Origin: Staphylococcus phage vB_SsapH-Golestan-100
Length of the DNA: 64,000 nucleotides
Direction: 5' to 3' (one strand)
Sequence record: LC647030.1
Positions 46,625 through 54,536 of this stretch are shown here, one piece after another (the first letter of the stretch is position 1; the number at the start of each line of letters is the position of its first letter). A program made the position numbers and the translations under genes. The notes under the pieces are model-generated. The model saw only the letters and a list, made by a program, of their open reading frames with translations, did no database searches and was not told where the DNA came from.

Positions 46625-46653
46625 TTGACTTTTCTTAAAATACCTGATATAAT
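46625..46653 (+). promoter_or_regulatory. sigma-A promoter (TTGACT-N17-TATAAT)
   Basis: TTGACT at 46625-46630 and TATAAT at 46648-46653. Confidence 0.55.
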
Positions 46654-46686
46654 AAGTACATAACCAATTAAAAGGAGGAACTAAGT

Positions 46687-47052
46687 ATGATTAGTGCTAA
46701 AAAAGCTAGAGCAAATAGTGATTACTATATGTCAGAACAAAGAAAAAAGGATGTAAGAAAGGACTATATCAACCATGTTGTAATGTCTATAACTAAAGAA
46801 ATTGAAAAGGATAGCAAAGAAGGTAAAACGTCTTTAACTTTACCACTTAGACTGTCATATAGACTACAGACTCTATGTTTAATTGAGATTTCTGACCTTG
46901 AAGATGTTAAAGAGGAGTTAGAAAAATTAGGGTTTAATGTAACTACGGAAGTTCGTGATTCTAACTCTCTAGAAAAAACTCAACTAGAGTATTTTAAGAA
47001 TAACTTGGGTATTAAAGGTGATAAAATACCTGAAATTACCATTAAATGGTAG
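46687..47052 (+). CDS. hypothetical protein (121 aa)
   Basis: RBS AAAGGAGGAAC. Confidence 0.5.
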   Translation: MISAKKARANSDYYMSEQRKKDVRKDYINHVVMSITKEIEKDSKEGKTSLTLPLRLSYRLQTLCLIEISDLEDVKEELEKLGFNVTTEVRDSNSLEKTQLEYFKNNLGIKGDKIPEITIKW

Positions 47053-47214
47053 GTGTTAGGGTGAATAATAGACAAAGTAAATTAAAATCTGAGGATGTTA
47101 TGAACATTTGGAGCCTAGCTGAACAAGGTAAATCTTATAAAAAGAAAAATAAAAAGCTTATGAGACGTAAACAGAGGACTCTATTAAAGAGAAATTTATA
47201 CAAGGAGGTCAACA

Positions 47215-47469
47215 ATGACTAATAATGAAGAGCATAGTAACTTAGAGAAGGTATACAACAATTTCTTAGAAGAGGAAGAAAACCAAAAGTCAATTAGAAA
47301 GAAAAACTTAGAGAACGCACCTAAAAGTAATGGTTATCTAGTAGAGCATAAGGATACAGGAGACACTATAACTCCAATTTTAGTTACTGAGATAGAAGAA
47401 GTTAGTATAGATGGGGTAAGGCAGAAGAGATTAGTAAATTTCATCAATGATGAGGAGGAGGAAAAGTAA
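47215..47469 (+). CDS. hypothetical acidic protein (84 aa)
   Basis: RBS CAAGGAGGTC. Confidence 0.5.
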   Translation: MTNNEEHSNLEKVYNNFLEEEENQKSIRKKNLENAPKSNGYLVEHKDTGDTITPILVTEIEEVSIDGVRQKRLVNFINDEEEEK

Positions 47470-47742
47470 ATGGCATATATTATAGACTACAATAACTGTG
47501 AACAATACGAGGATAATAGAGATTGGCATAGTAATAAAGTTTTTGAGACAAAGAAACAAGCTATTGATTTCTTGTATGAGGAAGGTTTTAACATACAAAA
47601 AACGATTTTTGCTAATAAAGTTGAGTATGACACAGATTTAGACGGTAATTTACTTTATTATAGAAACAATGAAGGTTTTTGGGAGAAAAGACATACAGCT
47701 ATTGTTACTGAAGTAGAATATGTCCCTAGGGAGGAGTTATAA
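47470..47742 (+). CDS. hypothetical protein (90 aa)
   Basis: RBS GAGGAGGAGGAAAAG. Confidence 0.5.
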   Translation: MAYIIDYNNCEQYEDNRDWHSNKVFETKKQAIDFLYEEGFNIQKTIFANKVEYDTDLDGNLLYYRNNEGFWEKRHTAIVTEVEYVPREEL

Positions 47743-48245
47743 TGGATTTTTTAAAAATATTAGGTAAAAATGCGTGGGAATACGTTAAATATATACCATT
47801 CTTTCTCTTTTTGGGATTAATTTTATTAGTAATCTTTGCTATAGCTGTGTTTTTAACTATGGCAATACCTATAGCCATCTTTAACTTATTCATCAATCTA
47901 GGTATTCTCAATGAGAATAACCCTAATCCCAATACATTTCTTATTTTTACTGTATGGATTAGCTTATTAGTATCCTTATGCTTTAGTTTGGGTGATTTAG
48001 ACACTAGAAAGCCTTTATTTACTAAGTTTATGACCGTTATATCAACAGTATTAAGTTTTTTAGTAGTTGTTAATGTTCCTATTGTGCTACTAGTCAATCT
48101 GATACCAATTTCTCCTCTGTCAAGTCTAAGTACAGATAATCAATTTTTAATAGGGCTTATTATTTACTTTTTGTTCATGGGTATGGTATACTTATTAAGT
48201 AAACTCATTGAAGACACTAAAAAAGAGTATGATAGGAGAGGATAA
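47742..48245 (+). CDS. polytopic membrane protein (167 aa, 4-5 TM)
   Basis: RBS AGGGAGGAG. The sequence is strongly hydrophobic. Confidence 0.5.
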   Translation: MDFLKILGKNAWEYVKYIPFFLFLGLILLVIFAIAVFLTMAIPIAIFNLFINLGILNENNPNPNTFLIFTVWISLLVSLCFSLGDLDTRKPLFTKFMTVISTVLSFLVVVNVPIVLLVNLIPISPLSSLSTDNQFLIGLIIYFLFMGMVYLLSKLIEDTKKEYDRRG

Positions 48246-48247
48246 TA

Positions 48248-49018
48248 ATGGATAATTTACAATTTAGAGCGTGGGATAAATTTGATAAGGAAATGCTTGA
48301 AGTACATGGTATTAATTTTGATGCGCAAGGCATTTGGACTAGAGAAATGATTGATGATGAAAGTGACGGTAATTTCATTTTCTTGGATGAGGTTGAACTC
48401 CTCCAATCAACAGGACTTAAAGATAAGAATGGTGTAGAAATATTTGAGGGAGATGTTGTTAAACACGATGCTGTACCTAATCCATTTATAAGTAATAAAA
48501 ATTTTGAAATTATTCGAGCTAGAAGTGGAGAATGGCGTATGGATAATTATAGAGGTGGTCAAGTATTAGCGTTTAGTAATCAAGAAGTAGAAGTAATTGG
48601 AAACAAATTTGAACACCCAAATTTACTAGAGGAGCGAGGGATAATGATACCGAAGTTTAGAGCGCATTTAAAAGAAAGACCATATTTAAAAGGAACAGGA
48701 ATCATTGTAGATGTACAAGAGATTAATTATAAATATGAAGAGATTGTATATGAAAGTAGAAAATACAAAGAAGTAGCAGATTTTAAGGATGTCGAACTAC
48801 TCCAATACACAGGTCTTACAGATAAGAATGATACTGAAATATTTGAAGGAGACATACTTAAGTATTGGGGAGAATGTAGACCTGTAGTATCCCATGAAGC
48901 TTCTTTTGGATGGATTGAAGGAGGAGATTACATACCCTTCTCTATGATGTGCATCTCAGAGATTGGTAATGCTGAGGTTGTAGGTAACATCTATGAAAAC
49001 AAGGAGGAACTATTATGA
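48248..49018 (+). CDS. tandem-duplicated YopX-domain protein
   Basis: Two copies of the YopX-type motif: LLQSTGLKDKNGVEIFEGDVV and LLQYTGLTDKNDTEIFEGDIL. Confidence 0.5.
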   Translation: MDNLQFRAWDKFDKEMLEVHGINFDAQGIWTREMIDDESDGNFIFLDEVELLQSTGLKDKNGVEIFEGDVVKHDAVPNPFISNKNFEIIRARSGEWRMDNYRGGQVLAFSNQEVEVIGNKFEHPNLLEERGIMIPKFRAHLKERPYLKGTGIIVDVQEINYKYEEIVYESRKYKEVADFKDVELLQYTGLTDKNDTEIFEGDILKYWGECRPVVSHEASFGWIEGGDYIPFSMMCISEIGNAEVVGNIYENKEELL

Positions 49019-49545
49019 TTTTTTGTCCAATGTGTCAATCAAAACTTGCAAATGTAACTAAAGATGTAACTTATAATGTATGTACTAGCAAGGACTGTCG
49101 GTTCTGTGAGATTACAGAGCCACCAAATATGATGGGTGATAGACCTAACACCTATAAAATATCCTTAAGTAAACAGGTATGGGAAGATGTCACTAGTGAC
49201 ATCGACTTAGAAGATACGGGTATTGATAACTATACAGAACTACTAGAGGGTGCCATTACAAAACTCTTAGATGCTTCAAATCCTTCCTCTACCTTCTATC
49301 AAGTAGAGTATTTCAATAGAGACCCCTACACAGAATACCTAGAAGACGAGAGACTAGTACTTAGAGATTCTACTATATACAGTAACAAAGAAACCCTCAT
49401 CAAGAAACTAGAATCACAAGGGTTTAAATACCATACTCTAGATGACTTATATAGTAGTAACAACTTAGAAAACCCTATAGCATATTTTGGCGCAGGTAAT
49501 CAAGTCCATGCTAAGATACACAAACTAACATTAGAATCAGAATAA
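49015..49545 (+). CDS. hypothetical protein with an N-terminal Cys4 zinc-ribbon-like motif
   Basis: CPMC…C…C within the first 30 residues. ATGA overlap with the upstream gene. Confidence 0.45.
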   Translation: MIFCPMCQSKLANVTKDVTYNVCTSKDCRFCEITEPPNMMGDRPNTYKISLSKQVWEDVTSDIDLEDTGIDNYTELLEGAITKLLDASNPSSTFYQVEYFNRDPYTEYLEDERLVLRDSTIYSNKETLIKKLESQGFKYHTLDDLYSSNNLENPIAYFGAGNQVHAKIHKLTLESE

Positions 49546-49558
49546 GGAGGTCGTAGAT

Positions 49559-50038
49559 GTGAAAAGCAAAAAGGACATAAGAAAAATAAAAAAAGAACAT
49601 AAACGCTTAGAGAAGGAAAGAAAATCAAGATACCATTCCGAGTTTAAGGAAAGAGGCTCTCACATGCTTTGGCTTATTAATGAAGTCATAGATAAGGCGC
49701 TAGAGTCTAATGATTATACAGGTAATGGTAAGGAAATAAACATTACTAAACTATCTTCAAAATCCAAACCAGGTACTCTTACTACAGAGGTAGATAACAA
49801 AGACATATATTATGAGTTAGATTATCTATATACGTTAACAGTATACTTAGAATTACCAATAGACTATAGACTATACAACTCTATAAAACTAAAATACAAA
49901 GATGTGAAGTATAAGGTTACTCACTTAGAAAAGGTAGGAGACCGTATTATAATGGAATTAAAGGTCAAAAATGATGAGCGCAATATTAATAACATCACAT
50001 TATCTATTAACGACCATATGTTTATAAACTTAAAATAG
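49559..50038 (+). CDS. hypothetical basic protein (159 aa)
   Basis: GTG start 9 nt after AAGGAGG. Confidence 0.45.
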   Translation: MKSKKDIRKIKKEHKRLEKERKSRYHSEFKERGSHMLWLINEVIDKALESNDYTGNGKEINITKLSSKSKPGTLTTEVDNKDIYYELDYLYTLTVYLELPIDYRLYNSIKLKYKDVKYKVTHLEKVGDRIIMELKVKNDERNINNITLSINDHMFINLK

Positions 50039-50051
50039 GAGGAGAATTATA

Positions 50052-50357
50052 ATGACAAATAACTATGTATACGTATTAAAGAGCACGATAAGCATGTATG
50101 AGGTACCAACAATTGATGGTATCTTTGATAATAAAGAGGACTTAGTAAAAGTAATGAAGGAGCTTAATATCAAGAAGAGAGAAGAAGTTAGAAACGGGGA
50201 ACCTAATCTTATCTACTATACGGTTGATGACTACATTAAACAAACTTACAAAGAAGAGACTGTAAAACGTTATTACTTTGTCCACAAGGTTCCCTTAAAT
50301 CATTACGATTGGTTTTTAGATAACAGGTATTCAGAAACTACTGATTTAGACATTTAA
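50052..50357 (+). CDS. hypothetical protein (101 aa); last gene of the plus block
   Basis: RBS ATAGGAGGAGAAT. Confidence 0.5.
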   Translation: MTNNYVYVLKSTISMYEVPTIDGIFDNKEDLVKVMKELNIKKREEVRNGEPNLIYYTVDDYIKQTYKEETVKRYYFVHKVPLNHYDWFLDNRYSETTDLDI

Positions 50358-50365
50358 TAGTAAGC

Positions 50366-50401
50366 TAGAGTATAGGTATATATACCTATACTCTATTTTT
50401 G
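50366..50401 (+). terminator. rho-independent terminator
   Basis: A 14-bp palindrome (AGAGTATAGGTATA/TATACCTATACTCT) followed by T5. Confidence 0.65.
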
Positions 50402-50419
50402 TTTATAGTCTGAGTAGGA

Positions 50420-50760
50420 TAGGGCTATACTACCACTCCCACTACCACTCCTGAAACAGCTCTTTTTAGGGTAAAAAAATTTTGGCGGTGATTTTTATTT
50501 TATATAAAATATAATAAATTCTAAAATTATTAATTATAAAAGTAAGGGGTGGTGGGGTATACCTAGATTATGATAGAGGAGGGGTATAGTTAGGTAGGAG
50601 ATAGGGGTGGTAGGGGTACAGTAGGGGTAGGAAGTGTTTTGTGAAACGGTACAAAAAAATTGGGGGTGAAAGTTGGGAAAAATTTTAGTAGCCTGGGGTA
50701 GCCCCGTAACCCCTCATGCATACCCCCTTTTATGGATTTCAAATAAGGGGTGCTTATCCC
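50420..50760 (+). other. non-coding island: C-rich arm, an AT-only core, and a G-tract array (AGGGGT repeats)
   Basis: C-rich arm at 50425-50455 (CTACCACTCCCACTACCACTCC). AT-only core at about 50470-50540. At least seven G3-5 tracts at 50545-50760, including GGTGGTAGGGGTACAGTAGGGGTAGG. No ORF is present. Confidence 0.5.
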
Positions 50761-50945
50761 TTGACTTCTATTAATAAATGTGCTCCCGACCTCATCCACA
50801 GATTGCCCCCACTGTCAAGCATTAATTTAATATTGCCCCAGCACTCATAAACTATTATTTGTGTTTGCTTCAATCTATTTAATTATCTGTTTAGCCTTCA
50901 GCAAACACAAAGAAGGACAAGACCAGCTGGTCTTGTCCTCTTCTC
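50761..50945 (+). other. candidate structured small RNA, or a bidirectional terminator region
   Basis: TTGACT at 50762. An 8-bp stem GTGTTTGC…GCAAACAC encloses a 33-nt loop. A perfect 10-bp hairpin GGACAAGACC-AGCT-GGTCTTGTCC at 50911-50934 is followed by a T-rich tail on the + strand. Confidence 0.3.
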
Positions 50946-50951
50946 TCTTTC

Positions 50952-52067
50952 TTATCTGTTTATTTGGTCTATAATCTCCCCATCTTTGATGATGATAAAC
51001 ATGTAATCAGTTTCTACGATTGTGTGACCATCAACAAGATAATAATTTTTGTTTACTTCTTGCTGAGCCTCTCTAAAATAGCGCTTAGACTTGAACAGTG
51101 TTATAGTTCCATACTCAGTATTTAATGCTGTGCTAACTGGTGTTACTGCTCGAACGTCTGTAATGCCCACAGACACCCCAAAGTCGTCCATAATAGCGCC
51201 TGCATACCCTAAGGCCTGCAAGTCGTAAAGAACCTGTACGCTGTCGTCCTGTTGTGATAGAACGTCCTCTGCCTGCTCCTCCTCTATCATGTCGATGGCC
51301 TCACCAACTGTCAGAGGTTCCTCCTCTTCTTCTGTGTCTATCTCTTCGAGTTCATCTTGAAGCATTCTAGCTTCATACTCGAAGATAGCCCACGCAAGAT
51401 AGTTCTTGTCCTGCGTTGTTAGTTCTAGAGGGTCGGCCTCATACATGCAGATGCTTTCTGCTTCTAATTCTATGGCCTCCTCCTGCTCTATGTCGTCCAT
51501 GTCGTCCCAGTCGTCCCCGTAGTAGTCTATAACGTTATCTTGTGCTATCTCTCTTATCTTTTCCTCCGCTTCCTGGTGTCTATCGTCTGCGCTATCTACT
51601 GGGAACATATCCGACAAGTCCTGAATACCGTCCCAGCTCTCCAGCTCCTCAATTCCGTAGACCTCAGTTACAAAGTTTTTTATTTCTTCCTCGTGCTCCT
51701 CGTAGTATGCCTTTGTGTCCTTGTAATAGATTAAGTGATTAACCATGCCCGATTCACAGCCATGGCTCACAATGTCATCAAGTAAGCCCTCAGCATCTTC
51801 TGAGTCTTGAGACATCTCTAATAAGTAGTTAGCTACATCTCTTTTTACATCATTGTCGATATATAAGAATGTGCCGAAGTAGTTAACTATAAAAGTATCT
51901 TTGATGGCTTCTGTGATTTGCTCTTGTGTCATCTCTATAAATGCATCTGTTGTGTTCTCTACTTCATCCGATAGGTTGAAGCGGTTAACTAAATATCTTG
52001 TATCTGCTTTGTCTGAATATGCTTTTGTGAATGCCTCTAAATTAGTGTTTGTTTTTAAATTTTTCAT
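50952..52067 (-). CDS. highly acidic protein (371 aa, Asp/Glu-rich)
   Basis: Long minus-strand ORF driven by copy 1 of the repeated promoter element. Long D/E runs (…DDWDDMDDIEQEEAIELEAE…). Confidence 0.55.
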   Translation of the reverse strand: MKNLKTNTNLEAFTKAYSDKADTRYLVNRFNLSDEVENTTDAFIEMTQEQITEAIKDTFIVNYFGTFLYIDNDVKRDVANYLLEMSQDSEDAEGLLDDIVSHGCESGMVNHLIYYKDTKAYYEEHEEEIKNFVTEVYGIEELESWDGIQDLSDMFPVDSADDRHQEAEEKIREIAQDNVIDYYGDDWDDMDDIEQEEAIELEAESICMYEADPLELTTQDKNYLAWAIFEYEARMLQDELEEIDTEEEEEPLTVGEAIDMIEEEQAEDVLSQQDDSVQVLYDLQALGYAGAIMDDFGVSVGITDVRAVTPVSTALNTEYGTITLFKSKRYFREAQQEVNKNYYLVDGHTIVETDYMFIIIKDGEIIDQINR

Positions 52068-52160
52068 TTTTTAATATCCTTCCGAGCGTTTGCGCTCTTG
52101 TTATTTGGTATGCCTAATTATAGCATTAATAATTAAAATCTGTAAAGCGATAAGCCCCAA
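52068..52160 (-). repeat. promoter/5'UTR repeat, copy 1 (TTTACA-N18-TATAAT, a UTR hairpin, then GGAAGGATATTAAAAAATG)
   Basis: This copy has high nucleotide identity with the stretches at 53296-53385 and 53614-53705. Confidence 0.6.
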
Positions 52161-52173
52161 TTAAAAGGGCAAT

Positions 52174-52324
52174 TTTACACCCCTTTAGATTTTACGTAAT
52201 ACAACGTTTAACGCTCCAAAACCTTCAATTGCTTTATGGTAAAACTCTTGTGCACTCTCAACATTATCAAAGTAAAGTACAATGTTATCTGCTTGGTGTT
52301 CGATTCCTATTGATATCATAAACA
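52174..52324 (-). CDS. small hypothetical protein (49 aa), not in the ORF track
   Basis: RBS AGGAGGG 6 nt before the ATG. Sequence MFMISIGIEHQADNIVLYFDNVESAQEFY…. Confidence 0.3.
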
Positions 52325-52345
52325 TGTTTAGCCCTCCTTTAATTA

Positions 52346-52626
52346 TTAAACTTCATAGTTGAATAGGTAAGCGTCCACCTCATCCAACCACTCAAAAGAT
52401 TTATATTGTTCTGTGTCCCAATCCTCAAAACCTAATTGCTCGAATGTGCCCCACTGCGTAGTAAATAAGTGCCCCACCGTGTCCCCTGCAAGTCTCACAA
52501 GCACGTTGTTATTCTCTTTTAGAAACTCGTAGGAGTTGCCTCTAAACGTTTGACTGATTGCTTGCCCGTTCTCTAATCCCTGCATTACCTCGATTAATCT
52601 TGTGTTATCGTTGTTATAAATTTTCA
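52346..52626 (-). CDS. hypothetical protein (93 aa)
   Basis: The ORF track extends to 52720 through a non-ATG codon. The likely start is the ATG of MKIYNNDNTR…, 8 nt after AAGGAG. Confidence 0.45.
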
Positions 52627-52684
52627 TTTTTAAAACTCCTTTTAAATATCTGTAGTAGTGATTTTTAATCACTCTATAGAGCCA

Positions 52685-52708
52685 CCAGCAACGCTTAAGG
52701 CTTGCTGG
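52685..52708 (-). other. perfect palindrome without a U-tract (CCAGCAAGCC-TTAA-GGCTTGCTGG on the minus strand)
   Basis: Hairpin located between the genes 52730..53068 and 52346..52626. It could be a processing site or an attenuator-like structure. Confidence 0.35.
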
Positions 52709-52729
52709 TAGTTCTAACAATGATTAAGC

Positions 52730-53068
52730 TTAAATAACTTCTACAGTGTCCACCTGCTTGAAATAGGCTTGCTGTTCTGTTGTTACGTCCTGGCCTACCG
52801 TTTTTAAAATGTAGCTTGTTTCTGGCACGTGCTGAAGCATTCCCGTGCGCTGGTGTGCAATGTGCCAAAAGTTCGGAGTGTAACGGTCGATGTCGTCAAA
52901 CAAGATTTCAATTATTCTATGGTCTTCCGTTCTCATTCCATCGTAGAACATCCCACTTATTAAAGTACCATCAGACATGATATAAATTGCTTCTGCTAGG
53001 CTCTCTGTAGTCTCTACGCCCTCAGCCTCGAACATTTCAATAATTTGATTGTTAGTTAATTTTTTCAT
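52730..53068 (-). CDS. hypothetical protein (112 aa)
   Basis: The leader shares the conserved GGAGATATTAAAAAATG start context. Confidence 0.5.
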   Translation of the reverse strand: MKKLTNNQIIEMFEAEGVETTESLAEAIYIMSDGTLISGMFYDGMRTEDHRIIEILFDDIDRYTPNFWHIAHQRTGMLQHVPETSYILKTVGQDVTTEQQAYFKQVDTVEVI

Positions 53069-53088
53069 TTTTTAATATCTCCTTTTAT

Positions 53089-53295
53089 TTAAACAATTTT
53101 GTAAAAACTTTTACCCTCTTTAAGTTCCCTTAAGTCTAAATGGTCGATTAAACTATAAACGTCTTCACTGTTATAATTATCTTCAAAATCTTCAAGGTTT
53201 TCAAAATCTGTAATATCTAGCCATATTTGAAAGTCACTATTTTTTAATTGTACTTGCTTTAATTCCTCATTGTGTGTATTAAATGTAATTTTCAT
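53089..53295 (-). CDS. hypothetical acidic protein (68 aa)
   Basis: Preceded by promoter repeat copy 2. Confidence 0.5.
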   Translation of the reverse strand: MKITFNTHNEELKQVQLKNSDFQIWLDITDFENLEDFEDNYNSEDVYSLIDHLDLRELKEGKSFYKIV

Positions 53296-53385
53296 TTTTT
53301 AATATCCTTTCGAGCTCCTGCTCTGTTATTTGGTATACCTAATTATAGCATTAATAGTTAAATTCTGTAAAGCGATATGCTTAAA
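53296..53385 (-). repeat. promoter/5'UTR repeat, copy 2
   Basis: The minus strand reads TTTACA-GAATTTAACTATTAATGC-TATAAT, then …CAGAGCAGGAGCTCG (hairpin), then AAAGGATATTAAAAAATG. Confidence 0.6.
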
Positions 53386-53613
53386 TTATTTTGAATATCT
53401 AACGATTTTATTTGCTTTCATAAATGCGACATCCTGACGATATTTTGATAACTCTGCTTGCCATTTTGCTAACTCTTTTTCATGTATGTTAATTATGTCT
53501 TGGCAATCTATACCATCATTCAAGTACCCGTTAAATTGTTTTACTGTTGCTCTAGAATAGTTTACTTTTCCTCTGATTCCGATTAGGTTTAAAGTTGTTG
53601 TAATTTTTTTCAT
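53386..53613 (-). CDS. hypothetical basic protein (75 aa)
   Basis: Preceded by promoter repeat copy 3. Confidence 0.5.
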   Translation of the reverse strand: MKKITTTLNLIGIRGKVNYSRATVKQFNGYLNDGIDCQDIINIHEKELAKWQAELSKYRQDVAFMKANKIVRYSK

Positions 53614-53705
53614 TTTTTAATATCTCCTTTGCCTCGTTGGGCTTGTTTTATTTGGTATAACTAATGTACCATATTAAGTTAAATTCTGTAAAGCGATATG
53701 ACTAA
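53614..53705 (-). repeat. promoter/5'UTR repeat, copy 3 (more diverged; -10 TACATT)
   Basis: Same architecture with a UTR hairpin GCCTCGTTGGGC and RBS AAAGGAG. Confidence 0.5.
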
Positions 53706-53714
53706 ATTTGTTAA

Positions 53715-53762
53715 TTTTTTTTTTTTTTTTTTTTTGACTTTTTATCAAGAGTGTGATATAGT
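53715..53762 (+). promoter_or_regulatory. T21 homopolymer plus a sigma-A promoter (TTGACT-N17-TATAGT) heading the plus block
   Basis: T-run at 53715-53735. TTGACT at 53734-53739 and TATAGT at 53757-53762. Confidence 0.5.
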
Positions 53763-53792
53763 AGATACATATGAAGGAGGAGTATGTAAAAT

Positions 53793-54293
53793 ATGAAAAC
53801 AGTAAACCAAAAAGACATGGCAATACTCTGTAGTTTACACTATGAATGGTTAGATAGTAATGGTAAATCAGGAGAGAGATTAGACTTAAGAAATAAAAAG
53901 CTAGAAAATGTAACGCTAATTAATAAAGATTTAGAAGAAGCTTCATTTAGGGGTTGTATATTTAAGCACTGTAGAATAGAGGATAATAACTTTGAGTATG
54001 CAGACTTCTCTTCTACACTATTCTTAGATGATTGTGAGATAAGTGGTAATGACTTTACAGAAGCTCATATCACTAACTTAGAAGGTATAGAGCTCTATTC
54101 AGTAGATAATATAGGGACATATTGGGGGAAGGCTACCTATAATGTGACAGAGGATACCGTATTTGCAGGATGTTGGAAAGGTTCCCTTGAAGATTTCTTA
54201 AAAATAGGGCTTGACAGAAATAAAGGTAACATGGTAGAATGTAATAAGATACAAAAAACTTATGAATTTTTTAATAGTCTAGAGGAGGAATAA
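53793..54293 (+). CDS. pentapeptide-repeat protein
   Basis: RBS GAAGGAGGAG. The central region has consecutive A(D/N)LXX-type pentapeptides: ASFRG CIFKH CRIED NNFEY ADFSS TLFLD DCEIS GNDFT EAHIT. Confidence 0.6.
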   Translation: MKTVNQKDMAILCSLHYEWLDSNGKSGERLDLRNKKLENVTLINKDLEEASFRGCIFKHCRIEDNNFEYADFSSTLFLDDCEISGNDFTEAHITNLEGIELYSVDNIGTYWGKATYNVTEDTVFAGCWKGSLEDFLKIGLDRNKGNMVECNKIQKTYEFFNSLEEE

Positions 54294-54295
54294 TT

Positions 54296-54535
54296 ATGAA
54301 GTTAGTACTGAGAAACATTAACGACATGCCAAAGATTAAGAAAGCTATGAAAGAAGGAGACCCTGAAATTGAATTGGTGTTAGATGCACCTTTTGTCTTA
54401 TCAGGTAAGGCTGAGAGTATCATGAACTTCACAGATACTACTGCAAGAGAACATAACTACATCCTAAAAGAGCAAGGTATCTCAGATGTAGATGATACAG
54501 TTATTGGTTACGTGTTTGTAAAAAAGGAGGAGTAG
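54296..54535 (+). CDS. hypothetical protein (79 aa)
   Basis: RBS AGAGGAGGAAT. Confidence 0.5.
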   Translation: MKLVLRNINDMPKIKKAMKEGDPEIELVLDAPFVLSGKAESIMNFTDTTAREHNYILKEQGISDVDDTVIGYVFVKKEE

Positions 54536-54536
54536 T

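Noticed and set aside
47726-48097. Minus-strand 123-aa ORF
   Set aside because: It is antisense to the strongly supported membrane-protein gene 47742..48245, which has a strong RBS and an ATGA overlap, and it lacks an RBS.
51540-51742. Two plus-strand ORFs inside the acidic-protein gene
   Set aside because: They are antisense readings of GAA/GAG-rich sequence with no RBS.
52068-53705. Possible CRISPR array, because of three similar ~90-nt repeats
   Set aside because: The repeats are far longer than CRISPR repeats and are separated by ORFs rather than 30-40-nt spacers. Each has -35/-10/RBS/ATG organisation, so they are reiterated promoters.
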